From the IMG/VR virus record IMGVR_UViG_3300032282_001282, positions 22,284 through 86,283 of that record: a DNA stretch of 64,000 nt. One strand, 5' to 3'. The position numbers were made by a program, and so were the translations under genes. Positions 10,020 to 19,579 of the stretch are shown here, piece by piece. The notes under the pieces were generated by a model. It did not search any database. It saw only the letters and a program-made list of their open reading frames with translations, and was not told where the DNA came from. This DNA is from a virus. Numbering within the stretch: position 1 is the stretch's first letter; each line of letters begins with the position of its first letter.

Positions 10020-10933
10020 AGTTGTGTAAGCTCGATTAAAGTTGCTGATAAGTTAATTTCAGGATCAGCACACATTGGGTGATTAACCAATCCTTTGCGG
10101 ATTGCCAAGATAGCTTGGTCTTGTTTTTCTGGATCCTTAGACCACAGTTCCAAATTGTCGTACATCCAACGGAATAACCCGTCCATATCTTCCATACTGG
10201 CTTGTGTACAAATTGCTTGTCGACCTTCTCTAATTTTTCCAGCCTTAAACAATTCTACAGCACCAAGACGCCAGTCTTTAACAGCACGATCATTTTCACC
10301 GGGCTTGTCTAGACGTCCTGTAGTTGAGTTTGCTTGTACAAGATTTAGACATTTACGCAGATCTGGATATGTTGCTTTGACATAGCTGTCAAGCGTATCC
10401 AAATCAAACTCAACATTTTCTGATACCAAGATAGTGGCAATACGAGCAGTAAATTCTGTCAAGTCTGTTTTATCGATATGGAAACCTTGACAACGACTGT
10501 GTAAAGCATCCATAATTTTATGTGGTTTGTTACAAGTTAAAATAAATCGAACTTGTGCCGCATACTGTTCTAATGCACCACGCAACAATGCTTGACTGTT
10601 CGGAGTCAAATAGTCTGCTTCGTCTAGCAAAACAATCTTTAAATGTCCAAACGGCATAGTACTAGCAAAACCCAGTACCTTGTCACGCATGTCATCAACT
10701 TTGGTTTCATTAGATGCATTAATATGCAATACATCATAATCATCAATGCCCAACTCGTTGATAAGAACTTTGGCTAGCGTAGTTTTACCTGTGCCCGGAC
10801 TACCGCTTAGTAGAATATGTGGAATTGATTTTTCTTTTACCCAAGATTCAATTTGCTGTTTTTGTCCAGCGTCAGTGAACACATAATCTTGTATCGTTTT
10901 GGGACGATACTTTTCTGTCCAGAGTTCTTTCAT
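10016..10933 (-). CDS. sliding-clamp loader AAA+ subunit (T4 gp44/RFC small subunit-like)
   Basis: LWTEKYRP; GSPGTGKTT; INAS; LDEADYL; SRC motif. Confidence 0.92.
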   Translation of the reverse strand: MKELWTEKYRPKTIQDYVFTDAGQKQQIESWVKEKSIPHILLSGSPGTGKTTLAKVLINELGIDDYDVLHINASNETKVDDMRDKVLGFASTMPFGHLKIVLLDEADYLTPNSQALLRGALEQYAAQVRFILTCNKPHKIMDALHSRCQGFHIDKTDLTEFTARIATILVSENVEFDLDTLDSYVKATYPDLRKCLNLVQANSTTGRLDKPGENDRAVKDWRLGAVELFKAGKIREGRQAICTQASMEDMDGLFRWMYDNLELWSKDPEKQDQAILAIRKGLVNHPMCADPEINLSATLIELTQL

Positions 10934-11093
10934 TTATTACCTTTAAAAAATTTGATTAAGTTGTAAAAGCGTGCCTTGTAAGGACTATCCATAATTTGTT
11001 GCGCCAGGCTCGGAACGTGAGGGCAACGTCCTTGTTTCCAATCGCAAGTGTCTTCAATGACTCGGCGACAAACGCTACATTTAGGTGGCTTTT

Positions 11094-11327
11094 TTACTGC
11101 GGCTGTTTGGATTTTAGTATCTGCAATACTCTGTCTTGTTCCCATTTATCTTCCCCGACAAAAGTTGGTAGTTGGTCATATTGATCGTCTAGCCAACATT
11201 TTAGCATATATAATTCATGCTTACAAGACATTTGAGTATATCCGTCGTTGTAGGCGCTATGTATTTCGCCCAAACTTGTGCGAATAGCGGCATAGGCTTG
11301 ATCTAGATTAGGTTTACGAAATCCCAT
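11094..11327 (-). CDS. hypothetical protein
   Basis: ORF in a co-oriented operon. Confidence 0.5.
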   Translation of the reverse strand: MGFRKPNLDQAYAAIRTSLGEIHSAYNDGYTQMSCKHELYMLKCWLDDQYDQLPTFVGEDKWEQDRVLQILKSKQPQ

Positions 11328-11476
11328 TAGCTAGGAATCATGTGTGGGAGATAAGGAACGTTACGAGGACCGTGACGTTGTTCAAATAGCCGTTTTGCTT
11401 CTTGAGCATTAGCCGCATACACTCGATCTTTCTTTTCGCCCTCGGGTGTCTTTACGGTTGTTTCGTACATTGGCAT
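11327..11476 (-). CDS. small hypothetical protein
   Basis: Likely start MPMYETTVK just after the GroES stop. Confidence 0.5.
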   Translation of the reverse strand: MPMYETTVKTPEGEKKDRVYAANAQEAKRLFEQRHGPRNVPYLPHMIPS

Positions 11477-11480
11477 AGAT

Positions 11481-11855
11481 TTACCAGCGTGACTTGCTGT
11501 CGATCTGAGTTGCGTTGGAAAGTGTATCATCGCCTTCGGGCTCCTCGTCTGATACTAATAGTATATCATTTGGATCAATACGACGTATAGTTACTTCGCC
11601 TGATTGGTCTTCAATAGTAACACCGCGGGTCCAACGACCATGTGCTACTAGGATCCATTGTCCAATTTTAATATCTTCTTGCTCTGGGCCTGTAGCATAC
11701 ACCCTGGCCCAACGTGGACGAATACCGGCGCCACGTCCATCATCATTTAGCAAGTAAATACCACTGCTTAATTTACGTTCTTTGAAATTCATATCTGCTA
11801 CTAACACATGATCATTAAGTGCTCGTAAGCTGTCTATTTTGATTGGTTTAAACAT
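11481..11855 (-). CDS. groES: GroES-like co-chaperonin
   Basis: LRALNDHVLV; SSGIYL; V.ATGP; IKIGQ.IL; NDILLV. Confidence 0.8.
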   Translation of the reverse strand: MFKPIKIDSLRALNDHVLVADMNFKERKLSSGIYLLNDDGRGAGIRPRWARVYATGPEQEDIKIGQWILVAHGRWTRGVTIEDQSGEVTIRRIDPNDILLVSDEEPEGDDTLSNATQIDSKSRW

Positions 11856-11857
11856 AA

Positions 11858-12304
11858 TTATATTCTAGTCGGTCCAGTTTTCTTATTCGGCTTTGGCAAT
11901 GGTTTCTGTACCACAGTAGCAGTTTTGGCTACAGCACTTGCCAGGCTACCACGTACTAAAGGAGCCGCAGGTTCTTCGGTTGCTATTTCTTCTTTGATAG
12001 GTTCGGTTAAATTAGCACCAAGGTTAAACAATTCTTGAGCTTGATTTTTAGCAATAGCCGCTTCACGTGCCGCAAATATAGCAGGATCATTTGGGCTATA
12101 TGTTTGTACAGGTGCATCAACACCAACAGCATAGGCTTTGTCCATGAGCTCATTACGACCAACTGCAACACCAGCACCGGGACCTAATAGATCACCGCGG
12201 GCATTGACTTTCATGTTACCAACTGCAATAGTATTTTCATTGGCTAGTTTGATTTTATCCAAATCAACAGCCCTACCTCGAGCAGTTTTGTATATTTTCG
12301 ACAT
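11858..12304 (-). CDS. hypothetical protein
   Basis: ORF with SD AGGAG and a TATAAATA late-type promoter upstream. Confidence 0.6.
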   Translation of the reverse strand: MSKIYKTARGRAVDLDKIKLANENTIAVGNMKVNARGDLLGPGAGVAVGRNELMDKAYAVGVDAPVQTYSPNDPAIFAAREAAIAKNQAQELFNLGANLTEPIKEEIATEEPAAPLVRGSLASAVAKTATVVQKPLPKPNKKTGPTRI

Positions 12305-12345
12305 TAGAAATTCTCCTTAACGCACATATTTATAAACGGCGTAGT

Positions 12346-12873
12346 TTACTTTAAAAATTCTTCGATTGGTAAATCATAGTATAAACTATTGACTTTGTGT
12401 ACACCAATTAAGTATAGCACATAACTGGCTACACTACTACCTCTACCTAGTCCCCAAACCACATTGTTTTCACGCATGGTGTCAACAAAGTATTTTAGAA
12501 ACTTTAACAAATTAAACGCATTGCGTTCTTGAAACAACAATAGCTCTTGGCCAACTCTTTGTAGTTCTTCTTCTGTGACACATTTGCTCAGCACATATTG
12601 GGCTATATCTAATTCTTTATAAGAGTCGGGCATGTGCCAATGCTGTTGCTGTGACCAATCAAATAATTCAATTGGTACTTCTTCCCTAGCATTAATAGGA
12701 ACGTAGGATTTTACAGTTGGGAAGTCTGCATAAGTTTTGTGTACAGATTTATTGTACACACCCGGCTGATCCGAAACTTGGAATCTAGTTAAATCTAAAT
12801 TGGGGTTTTGATAAAGCATATCACAGAGTTCATCTTCTGTAGTATATGCTTGACCATACACGTCATATTTCAT
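12346..12873 (-). CDS. standalone fragment of DNA polymerase III alpha (DnaE)
   Basis: RV..EL; VVWGLGRGSSVASYVLYLIGV...YDL..EEFL; ends before the catalytic PD.D motif. Confidence 0.75.
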   Translation of the reverse strand: MKYDVYGQAYTTEDELCDMLYQNPNLDLTRFQVSDQPGVYNKSVHKTYADFPTVKSYVPINAREEVPIELFDWSQQQHWHMPDSYKELDIAQYVLSKCVTEEELQRVGQELLLFQERNAFNLLKFLKYFVDTMRENNVVWGLGRGSSVASYVLYLIGVHKVNSLYYDLPIEEFLK

Positions 12874-13106
12874 TGAATGTCGATGATTTTTTTGAACTGT
12901 TTAGAATTCTTTTCCATCTCTTCTAACTGTCGACGATTTCTTTCGTCAAGTTCTCGTTGATAATCACCCAGTAGTAATTGTAGTTGCTGAACCATATCCG
13001 CACGGCCCATACGGTATGAAGTGTTTAGGCGTTTGACTAACTCACTGTGCTTAGTGGTTAATTCATCCATTGTTAATTTAGAAAGGTCTGGGGTTAACGG
13101 GTGCAT
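12870..13106 (-). CDS. hypothetical coiled-coil protein
   Basis: Probable start MHPLTPDLSKL overlapping the upstream stop (TAATG). Confidence 0.55.
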   Translation of the reverse strand: MHPLTPDLSKLTMDELTTKHSELVKRLNTSYRMGRADMVQQLQLLLGDYQRELDERNRRQLEEMEKNSKQFKKIIDIQ

Positions 13107-13399
13107 TAGTTTGGTATCAAAACAGTTCTGTAGCATTGACAATTACTGTCAAGTATCTGTTCCCAGTGATACCCAACTGGTGGAGTATATACCGTTGGCG
13201 CTGGTTGTTGAACTATAACAGGCTGTTGTTGAACGACTACAGGTGGATAATAATATGGTTGCCGAGCTAGACTATAACCAACTACCCCGCCAATTACAGC
13301 AGGGCCTACCCAATATCCGCCTCTCCAGTAACCGTGTCCGTGTGCATTAGCAGAACCGATTACAGCAAATAAACTGAGTGCAATTAAAATCTTTTTCAT
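13106..13399 (-). CDS. small secreted Gly/Tyr/Pro/Val-rich protein
   Basis: Signal peptide (ANA cleavage); YYYPPVVVQQQPVIVQQP; strong SD AGGAGG. Confidence 0.7.
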   Translation of the reverse strand: MKKILIALSLFAVIGSANAHGHGYWRGGYWVGPAVIGGVVGYSLARQPYYYPPVVVQQQPVIVQQPAPTVYTPPVGYHWEQILDSNCQCYRTVLIPN

Positions 13400-13430
13400 A
13401 GCAACCTCCTATATGGTAGTATACTATATT

Positions 13431-13460
13431 TAACGCACCAGGTCAACCTTTAGTTGACAG
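13431..13460 (-). promoter_or_regulatory. ECF-sigma-like promoter
   Basis: CTGTCAACTAA-N12-TGCGTTA, same motif and spacing as 32469..32498 (AAC-N17-CGT). Confidence 0.55.
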
Positions 13461-13462
13461 GG

Positions 13463-15049
13463 TTAAACTCTATACCAAACGTTCGAAGCAAATCCATTTA
13501 TGGTGCTTGCAAACTGTAAAGTAATTGAAGTGTTACCAGAAATATTTGGGAAGGTACTTGATACATCCGATTTTGGCAAATATTTAATAACTGGACTACC
13601 AAAACTTCCAGGATAAATGTTTGCGCCACCATTTAAACCATTACGTGTAATGTTGGCCAGGAACACCATCTTAACTGTTTGTCCGTGTACTGGGCGACGT
13701 GGTAATTCGATGTTAGCATAAGTTAGGTTAGCATTGATACCATCAGTGTCAATAATAACTGTACTGATGTTGTCTGGAATAACATAAGTGTTGCCAGAGT
13801 TATTATTACTAATAAAACTTTGAACAGTAAAGCCAGTGTCAACTTTACGACCTGTTGTAGCTATGTTACCATTGATAGTGACATTACCGTAGAAGGTTGT
13901 ACTTTGATCGTTTTCAATTCCAACAGCTTGTTTTAAGAAACCAGCACGACCATCTGGTGAGGTCATCATAACAATGTTACCACCTAGGCCGCCCCAGGCA
14001 TTAGCACCCTTGGCAAAAAAGTTGATACTGGCTTCTTGTGCAATGGTTACTGTATTAGTATTTGTAGTTAAGTCGTGATAGTTGCTATAAGCGTATGAAC
14101 CAAAATAACCTAGGTAGTCGCCATTTTGTACAACCTGTACATTGGCGTTGGCTAAGAATCCACGTGCGGCTGTAACGCTGTAGCCAGCTACTTGTCCGCC
14201 GCCACCGGCTAATTCGTTATAGCTTACATTGGCAGTTGATAAGTTGCCAATGGTAACACTATTAATAGAACCGTTGGCACTGATACGATCGCCGCCAGTT
14301 TCGAGAGCCAACACCGGCTCAAAGCCATCACCGTAGCCAACTAGTAGTGTAGGCAATACGGTATTGTTAAAATATAATTCTGGGTCACGGAAACTTACAC
14401 GATTACGTGATACGTCAAAAATTTGATAAGAGTCACCGCCGTCAATTGAGCTAAAGTCAAAAATGTAGTCGCCTTCTACGTCAAATTTAATTGTGTGTGA
14501 AAGATCTAGGTTTTCTGTAGAACCTGCAATGTCTGATACACCAACGTTGATTTTTGGATCTAGGGTAATAGTGTGGTATCTATTATTAATCTTAATCCAA
14601 ACACGCATAACACCATAACCAAGAGCACCATTACCAAAGTTGTTTTGTCCAGGCCAACCAATTAACTGAATATTAATAGTACCTTCATCATCACTGATAG
14701 GTGTAGCAAGTTTCTGGAAGTTAGCACCGTTACTAGATGCACCTGTACTACCAAAATCTAAAATTGTTGTTTGTCCTAAAAGAATAGTTCCTTTGTCAAT
14801 TAAACTTTGTGTCCATGCAGTTAATTGAGGACGCTTAATTTGCGAACCAGCCATATCATTGTTTAGAGTCTGGCCATTTAAAGCACTGGTTAAAATTGCT
14901 TTGTTTTGTAGGTCGCTAATTTCGTTTTCAGCGTAGGTAAAGTTATTCTTAATGTTTGTGAAATTATCACGGAAACCTTGGCTGGAATTGTCTTGCCCTG
15001 CTACTGGGAAAGTACCGTCAATGTTATATGGGTTAATGTTTGATGCCAT
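13463..15049 (-). CDS. putative virion structural (tail/baseplate) protein
   Basis: Asn/Gly/Thr-rich; N-terminal domain shared with 15096..15692; lies in the structural block. Confidence 0.65.
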   Translation of the reverse strand: MASNINPYNIDGTFPVAGQDNSSQGFRDNFTNIKNNFTYAENEISDLQNKAILTSALNGQTLNNDMAGSQIKRPQLTAWTQSLIDKGTILLGQTTILDFGSTGASSNGANFQKLATPISDDEGTINIQLIGWPGQNNFGNGALGYGVMRVWIKINNRYHTITLDPKINVGVSDIAGSTENLDLSHTIKFDVEGDYIFDFSSIDGGDSYQIFDVSRNRVSFRDPELYFNNTVLPTLLVGYGDGFEPVLALETGGDRISANGSINSVTIGNLSTANVSYNELAGGGGQVAGYSVTAARGFLANANVQVVQNGDYLGYFGSYAYSNYHDLTTNTNTVTIAQEASINFFAKGANAWGGLGGNIVMMTSPDGRAGFLKQAVGIENDQSTTFYGNVTINGNIATTGRKVDTGFTVQSFISNNNSGNTYVIPDNISTVIIDTDGINANLTYANIELPRRPVHGQTVKMVFLANITRNGLNGGANIYPGSFGSPVIKYLPKSDVSSTFPNISGNTSITLQFASTINGFASNVWYRV

Positions 15050-15095
15050 TTAGCTGTATCCTGTTTATTAAGTATTTATCACGTATTTTGGCACA

Positions 15096-15692
15096 TTAAC
15101 TTAATGTAACGTTGGCCCATTTGGTACCATTGTACACCTGTATATTGCCAGTGGTATAATTGTATACAGTCATTCCGCGGGATGGATTGATTGCATTAAC
15201 CTGTGCTGTTGTTAGATTTGCAAACTGAATAGCACTAGATAGAGTAATTGTATTGGCTCCAATATTGCCAGTATATGTAGGCAAATAAGATCCAGTAGCT
15301 ATTGCCGCATTAGCCGCTGTTACGTTAGCTTGTACCCCTGTAATCAAATTAGTCAGGGTAGAACTCAAGCTGACGTTGTTTGCCAAACTTTGATCAATTT
15401 CTAATAAAGTATCTAATGCTAATGGAGCACCTGCAATAAGGTCAGTTACAATAGTCTGCATTGATGTAACACTGGATTGTAAAGATCCAACGTTTGCAAT
15501 AATATTGCCCATGCCGCTGATAGTACTGTTTATAGTAATAACATTACTTTGTATGTCTGTAATTTCTTTTGCCGCAGTTGCAAAATTGTTTTTAATGTTA
15601 ATATAGTTGGTTCTAAATCCCTGCGTGTCGTTGTCTTGACCTGCAATCGGGTAAGTTGCGTCTATATTAGAAGGATTGATCTGTGATGCCAT
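15096..15692 (-). CDS. putative tail fibre-associated structural protein
   Basis: Shared N-terminal domain; coiled coil; GAP.ALDTL.EI motif; GMTVYNYTTG..QVYNGTKW fibre motif. Confidence 0.65.
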   Translation of the reverse strand: MASQINPSNIDATYPIAGQDNDTQGFRTNYINIKNNFATAAKEITDIQSNVITINSTISGMGNIIANVGSLQSSVTSMQTIVTDLIAGAPLALDTLLEIDQSLANNVSLSSTLTNLITGVQANVTAANAAIATGSYLPTYTGNIGANTITLSSAIQFANLTTAQVNAINPSRGMTVYNYTTGNIQVYNGTKWANVTLS

Positions 15693-18600
15693 TAGTTAAA
15701 CACTCCATATTGTGGGAATTTAACATATTTATCCTGAGTATTAGGCTCGTAATATTTGTCCCTAAAGTTAAAGAATCGTGTACCACCTTTATTAAAGGTT
15801 GTTCGAGTAGCAATAGTATTTGCCGCTTGGTAACGATATACTTCGTAAAACGGTACGTTTTGTCCCGGTTTTAAATTCAAGCTGTAGAATACAATAGCAC
15901 TAGTATATGTCTTACCACTTAAGATTCTAATGTGACGATTTAATTCAACAGTTTGTACAAAGAATAAGTTTACAACATCATTAACAATTTGTATTTCCCA
16001 GATACCTCCACGTTGGTTCTCAACTTTATAGTAACTAACAATTCCGTTACCTGAGTCAGCATTACCAGCAGATGTAGCAACAAATCTATCGCCAGCATTA
16101 ATAACACCATTGATGTTGGGTTTAGCACCAAGTGTTGCAAAATTGGTTGTACCTATACCTTCGATAGTGTATGTAATACCAGGGACAACGTCGCTGGCGC
16201 TGATAACAGTTTTAGATTGTGCGTGTTCTAAGAAACCCGGAACAATCTTGTATTGGTCAAATGGAACGGCACCGTAGCCTTCAACAGTTGAGGTAGTAAT
16301 ATCATCACCGCCATATAATTCTGTATAATCGACCCAGCCATCATATGTGCCGGCATTGTTAAATTTTTCTTGCTGTATGAATACTAGTCGTTGGCCACTA
16401 AAGAAGTTATCAAGTCCGTCGATACCACCATTGGCCTGGATGTATTCTAAAGGACGACCGTTGATTTCACTGAAAGGTACAGTAACGCCGTAGTCAACTG
16501 TGTAGTCAATGGATCCAATGTTTTTATTTGGTAAAGAATCAAACGTAGTCTCAGTACTTGTTTTGTATGTGTCTGTTGCTGGATCAAAGTTTGTACTATA
16601 GAAGTCATCAACAATATATCGGTCAGACTTAAATTCGATTCGATTAAAGTTAATGCCCGAGTTTCTTAGACGATATGCAATTAGATTACTCTTTCCAGGC
16701 TTGGTGTGAGCTATTACAATACCTTTAGTAAATCCCAACGGAGTTTTAAATTTGTTTGGGCTTGTTGGATCTGGTTGGTTGCTGGTCATCCACTCAGGTA
16801 AACTGTTTTGGTCTTCGTAGTTAACACCTGCAATTAATCTTGCTATCATATCTTTTGTAGTGTTTGGATATACTACCGTATGAGTTACGCCATTGCTGTC
16901 CACATAAGGATTTTTTACAAACAAATCAATTTCTAGCCCAGGGCCTTGTCCTTGTAAATTTTCTTCAGGATCTAACACTTCGAGATACACAACTTCGTAC
17001 TTAGGAACATATTTGTCATCGAGTACTACGGCTGTTTTAATATCGCCGAATGTATATGTTTTAGTATAATGGTTCTTTTGCATCGCGGCTGTAAATTCAG
17101 CCATCACCTTAGACTTTAATCCAGGAAGAAATAACATTTCTAAATTTTTATTAATACCAAACCAAGGATCATCTGGTCTATAAATTAAATCGTAATCTGT
17201 TTCGTTAGTAAAATAATTTTTGTTTGTAACTACAGATGTATAAATCTGTCGTTGATCAAATGTTGGCATGGCACGTAGATACAAATTCTTATATGGATTT
17301 GGATCTATTACATTCAATGTTAGTGTAAATTCTTTAAGAGCATATACCGTTGCTAGTGTGTCATCTAAACTGTCAGCAACCTTAACAGTAAAGTTAAATG
17401 TGCGATCAACAGTTAATTTATTACCATCAAATGTAGTAGCATAGTCATCTAAGGTAAATGCTTCAAAACTTACACGGCCACTAATTTCGCCACTTGGTAA
17501 TAACTGTAACCCCTGTGGTAATTCCACCAAGGTACCCGATCGGTCAAATAGTTTGTAATATAATTTTTTACCAATGGTGCTAGTTGCAGAAATTGCTAGT
17601 TCACTAATAGATCCATTGTTAATAGTTCCGAGATTAGTAGGACTATTCCAAACAATATTATTGTTAATGTCGCCGTAGACTGGTAGTGTAAAGAATACTG
17701 TTTTACTACTGTATGTTTGTCCGTTCTGTACCTTGCTTACAAAAACACCAAAGGTATATTCTTGATATGGGGTTGTCTGGGCACTTAGTTTTCCATAAAC
17801 CCAACCAGAGCCAGCGTCAAGTTGTACACCGGGCAAGTTACTAATACCAGTACTACCATCCACATAACTACTAAAACCAACACCACTACGTAAACCTGTG
17901 TCAGTTGAAAATCCAGCGCCGCCTTCATCACCACCACCGACACCTGCACCACCGTAGTCAAAACCTGCATCAATGCCGGCTACATAAGCATCAAAGGTTC
18001 CAATGGTATTGGATATGTTGTAGGCCAATTCTCTACCTTGGAAATCGTACCCATCAATTTTAAAAGCATAGTTACTGTTTTGTCGCCCAGCTGGTAATAC
18101 AGTACTGGTATTTCTAATAACAGGTACATATACATCACCGATGTCGGCTGTTAGTTGTGTATTGTTTAATGGCAAGTCACTATCAGCAGTCCAACTGTTT
18201 CTTCCTACAATTTGTAGTATGTATTTTTGTTTAACGTAGTCAGCGCCATCATAAGCACGTATTGTAAAACTGTAACTCTCTGATTGATTTATATTGTTAA
18301 AGTCGTATGGGCCAAAGTCGTAATCTTGTTCTGCGGTAATAATGCCAGTGTCAAACCCGCTAGGAGTTTTATAAGTAACATCTCCGTCGTATCCATCAGG
18401 TCCCCACGGACCAACGTTTTGAACAGGATTAATGTATCCGCTTATTATACCATCCGCTGACAAAGTAACACCCGGTGGGAGTTCTCCATCATCTAATGTC
18501 CACTCAATTCGAGCGTTAGGATTTAATTCAATTAATTTTAATTGTTGATAATAAAACGCACCATCAACTGCACTACCTAAGTCATATGGTTCAACTCGTA

Positions 18601-19576
18601 TAGCATCTTTTGCCGGTGGACGTCTTGGTAAAATAATTGGTTCTGTTTTATTTGTAATTGTAAATGCAAATGATCTATCAGTAACAAGGTTAGCAGTATT
18701 AGTTGCACGAATTGTGAATCTAAATTCTTCTTCTTTGATGTTTTGTGTTTCAGTAATAGTTGGAGTACCTTGTAAGTATCCATTGGTATAAACAACACCT
18801 CCGCTGACATAATCACCAAAGTCAGTGCGTCCGTTAACAGGATTTAGTAAGAGACTATCGTAATATAATTCAAAATAAGGACTTGCACCTGGTGCCACAT
18901 CCGCCAATGGTTGCACTGGTAATCCGTTGTCTTTGTTAATGCCCAACATCTTAACATAGTACTTGTTACCATTTAACTCTGTTGTTCCAGTAAGACCTTT
19001 GAAGTGTACAATTTGTCCATAGAAAAAATTAACATCAACTGCGGCACGAACAATCATTGGATTTGTTTTTAGTACAGCTCTAATGTTATGTGATTTAGCA
19101 GTGACTAATTGTAAGCCCGACGGCAATTGCCCAGATATAAAACTATATTGTATAGCTGAATTGTTGCTGTCTACTGCTTCAAGTTCTTGACTAAAGAAGC
19201 CCGAATCGGATGTATATTTGCCAACAGATCCGCCTGCGGTTACCCAAGTTATTTTGTTAGCATTAGTATAATTTGTAACTTCTATGTTAAATGCACAGTC
19301 AGCATATTTTCCTGATATTGGATCTAATGCTCTGATAGTAAAGTTATAAGTTTGTGTAGAATAGTATGTGCCGCTTGGTGCCGCAAAACTTGGGATACCC
19401 GATATAACACCAGTGCGACCTAATGTTAGTCCAACTGGAAGTTTACCACCAATTAGTACGTAGGTTAAATCTCTATTACTAACTGTGTCTACAGCTGATA
19501 CAGTAATAGTCGTAGTTTGACCTATGACAGCCCTTGCAAGCGGTCCAGGGGCAGTATTCCAAATTAAGTTTACCAT
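15692..19576 (-). CDS. large virion protein with putative Ig (He_PIG-like) repeats, baseplate-wedge-like
   Basis: Repeated G.LP.GL.L...G.ISG and Y.FTIRA motifs; 1294 aa. Confidence 0.7.
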   Translation of the reverse strand: MVNLIWNTAPGPLARAVIGQTTTITVSAVDTVSNRDLTYVLIGGKLPVGLTLGRTGVISGIPSFAAPSGTYYSTQTYNFTIRALDPISGKYADCAFNIEVTNYTNANKITWVTAGGSVGKYTSDSGFFSQELEAVDSNNSAIQYSFISGQLPSGLQLVTAKSHNIRAVLKTNPMIVRAAVDVNFFYGQIVHFKGLTGTTELNGNKYYVKMLGINKDNGLPVQPLADVAPGASPYFELYYDSLLLNPVNGRTDFGDYVSGGVVYTNGYLQGTPTITETQNIKEEEFRFTIRATNTANLVTDRSFAFTITNKTEPIILPRRPPAKDAIRVEPYDLGSAVDGAFYYQQLKLIELNPNARIEWTLDDGELPPGVTLSADGIISGYINPVQNVGPWGPDGYDGDVTYKTPSGFDTGIITAEQDYDFGPYDFNNINQSESYSFTIRAYDGADYVKQKYILQIVGRNSWTADSDLPLNNTQLTADIGDVYVPVIRNTSTVLPAGRQNSNYAFKIDGYDFQGRELAYNISNTIGTFDAYVAGIDAGFDYGGAGVGGGDEGGAGFSTDTGLRSGVGFSSYVDGSTGISNLPGVQLDAGSGWVYGKLSAQTTPYQEYTFGVFVSKVQNGQTYSSKTVFFTLPVYGDINNNIVWNSPTNLGTINNGSISELAISATSTIGKKLYYKLFDRSGTLVELPQGLQLLPSGEISGRVSFEAFTLDDYATTFDGNKLTVDRTFNFTVKVADSLDDTLATVYALKEFTLTLNVIDPNPYKNLYLRAMPTFDQRQIYTSVVTNKNYFTNETDYDLIYRPDDPWFGINKNLEMLFLPGLKSKVMAEFTAAMQKNHYTKTYTFGDIKTAVVLDDKYVPKYEVVYLEVLDPEENLQGQGPGLEIDLFVKNPYVDSNGVTHTVVYPNTTKDMIARLIAGVNYEDQNSLPEWMTSNQPDPTSPNKFKTPLGFTKGIVIAHTKPGKSNLIAYRLRNSGINFNRIEFKSDRYIVDDFYSTNFDPATDTYKTSTETTFDSLPNKNIGSIDYTVDYGVTVPFSEINGRPLEYIQANGGIDGLDNFFSGQRLVFIQQEKFNNAGTYDGWVDYTELYGGDDITTSTVEGYGAVPFDQYKIVPGFLEHAQSKTVISASDVVPGITYTIEGIGTTNFATLGAKPNINGVINAGDRFVATSAGNADSGNGIVSYYKVENQRGGIWEIQIVNDVVNLFFVQTVELNRHIRILSGKTYTSAIVFYSLNLKPGQNVPFYEVYRYQAANTIATRTTFNKGGTRFFNFRDKYYEPNTQDKYVKFPQYGVFN

Positions 19577-19579
19577 GTG

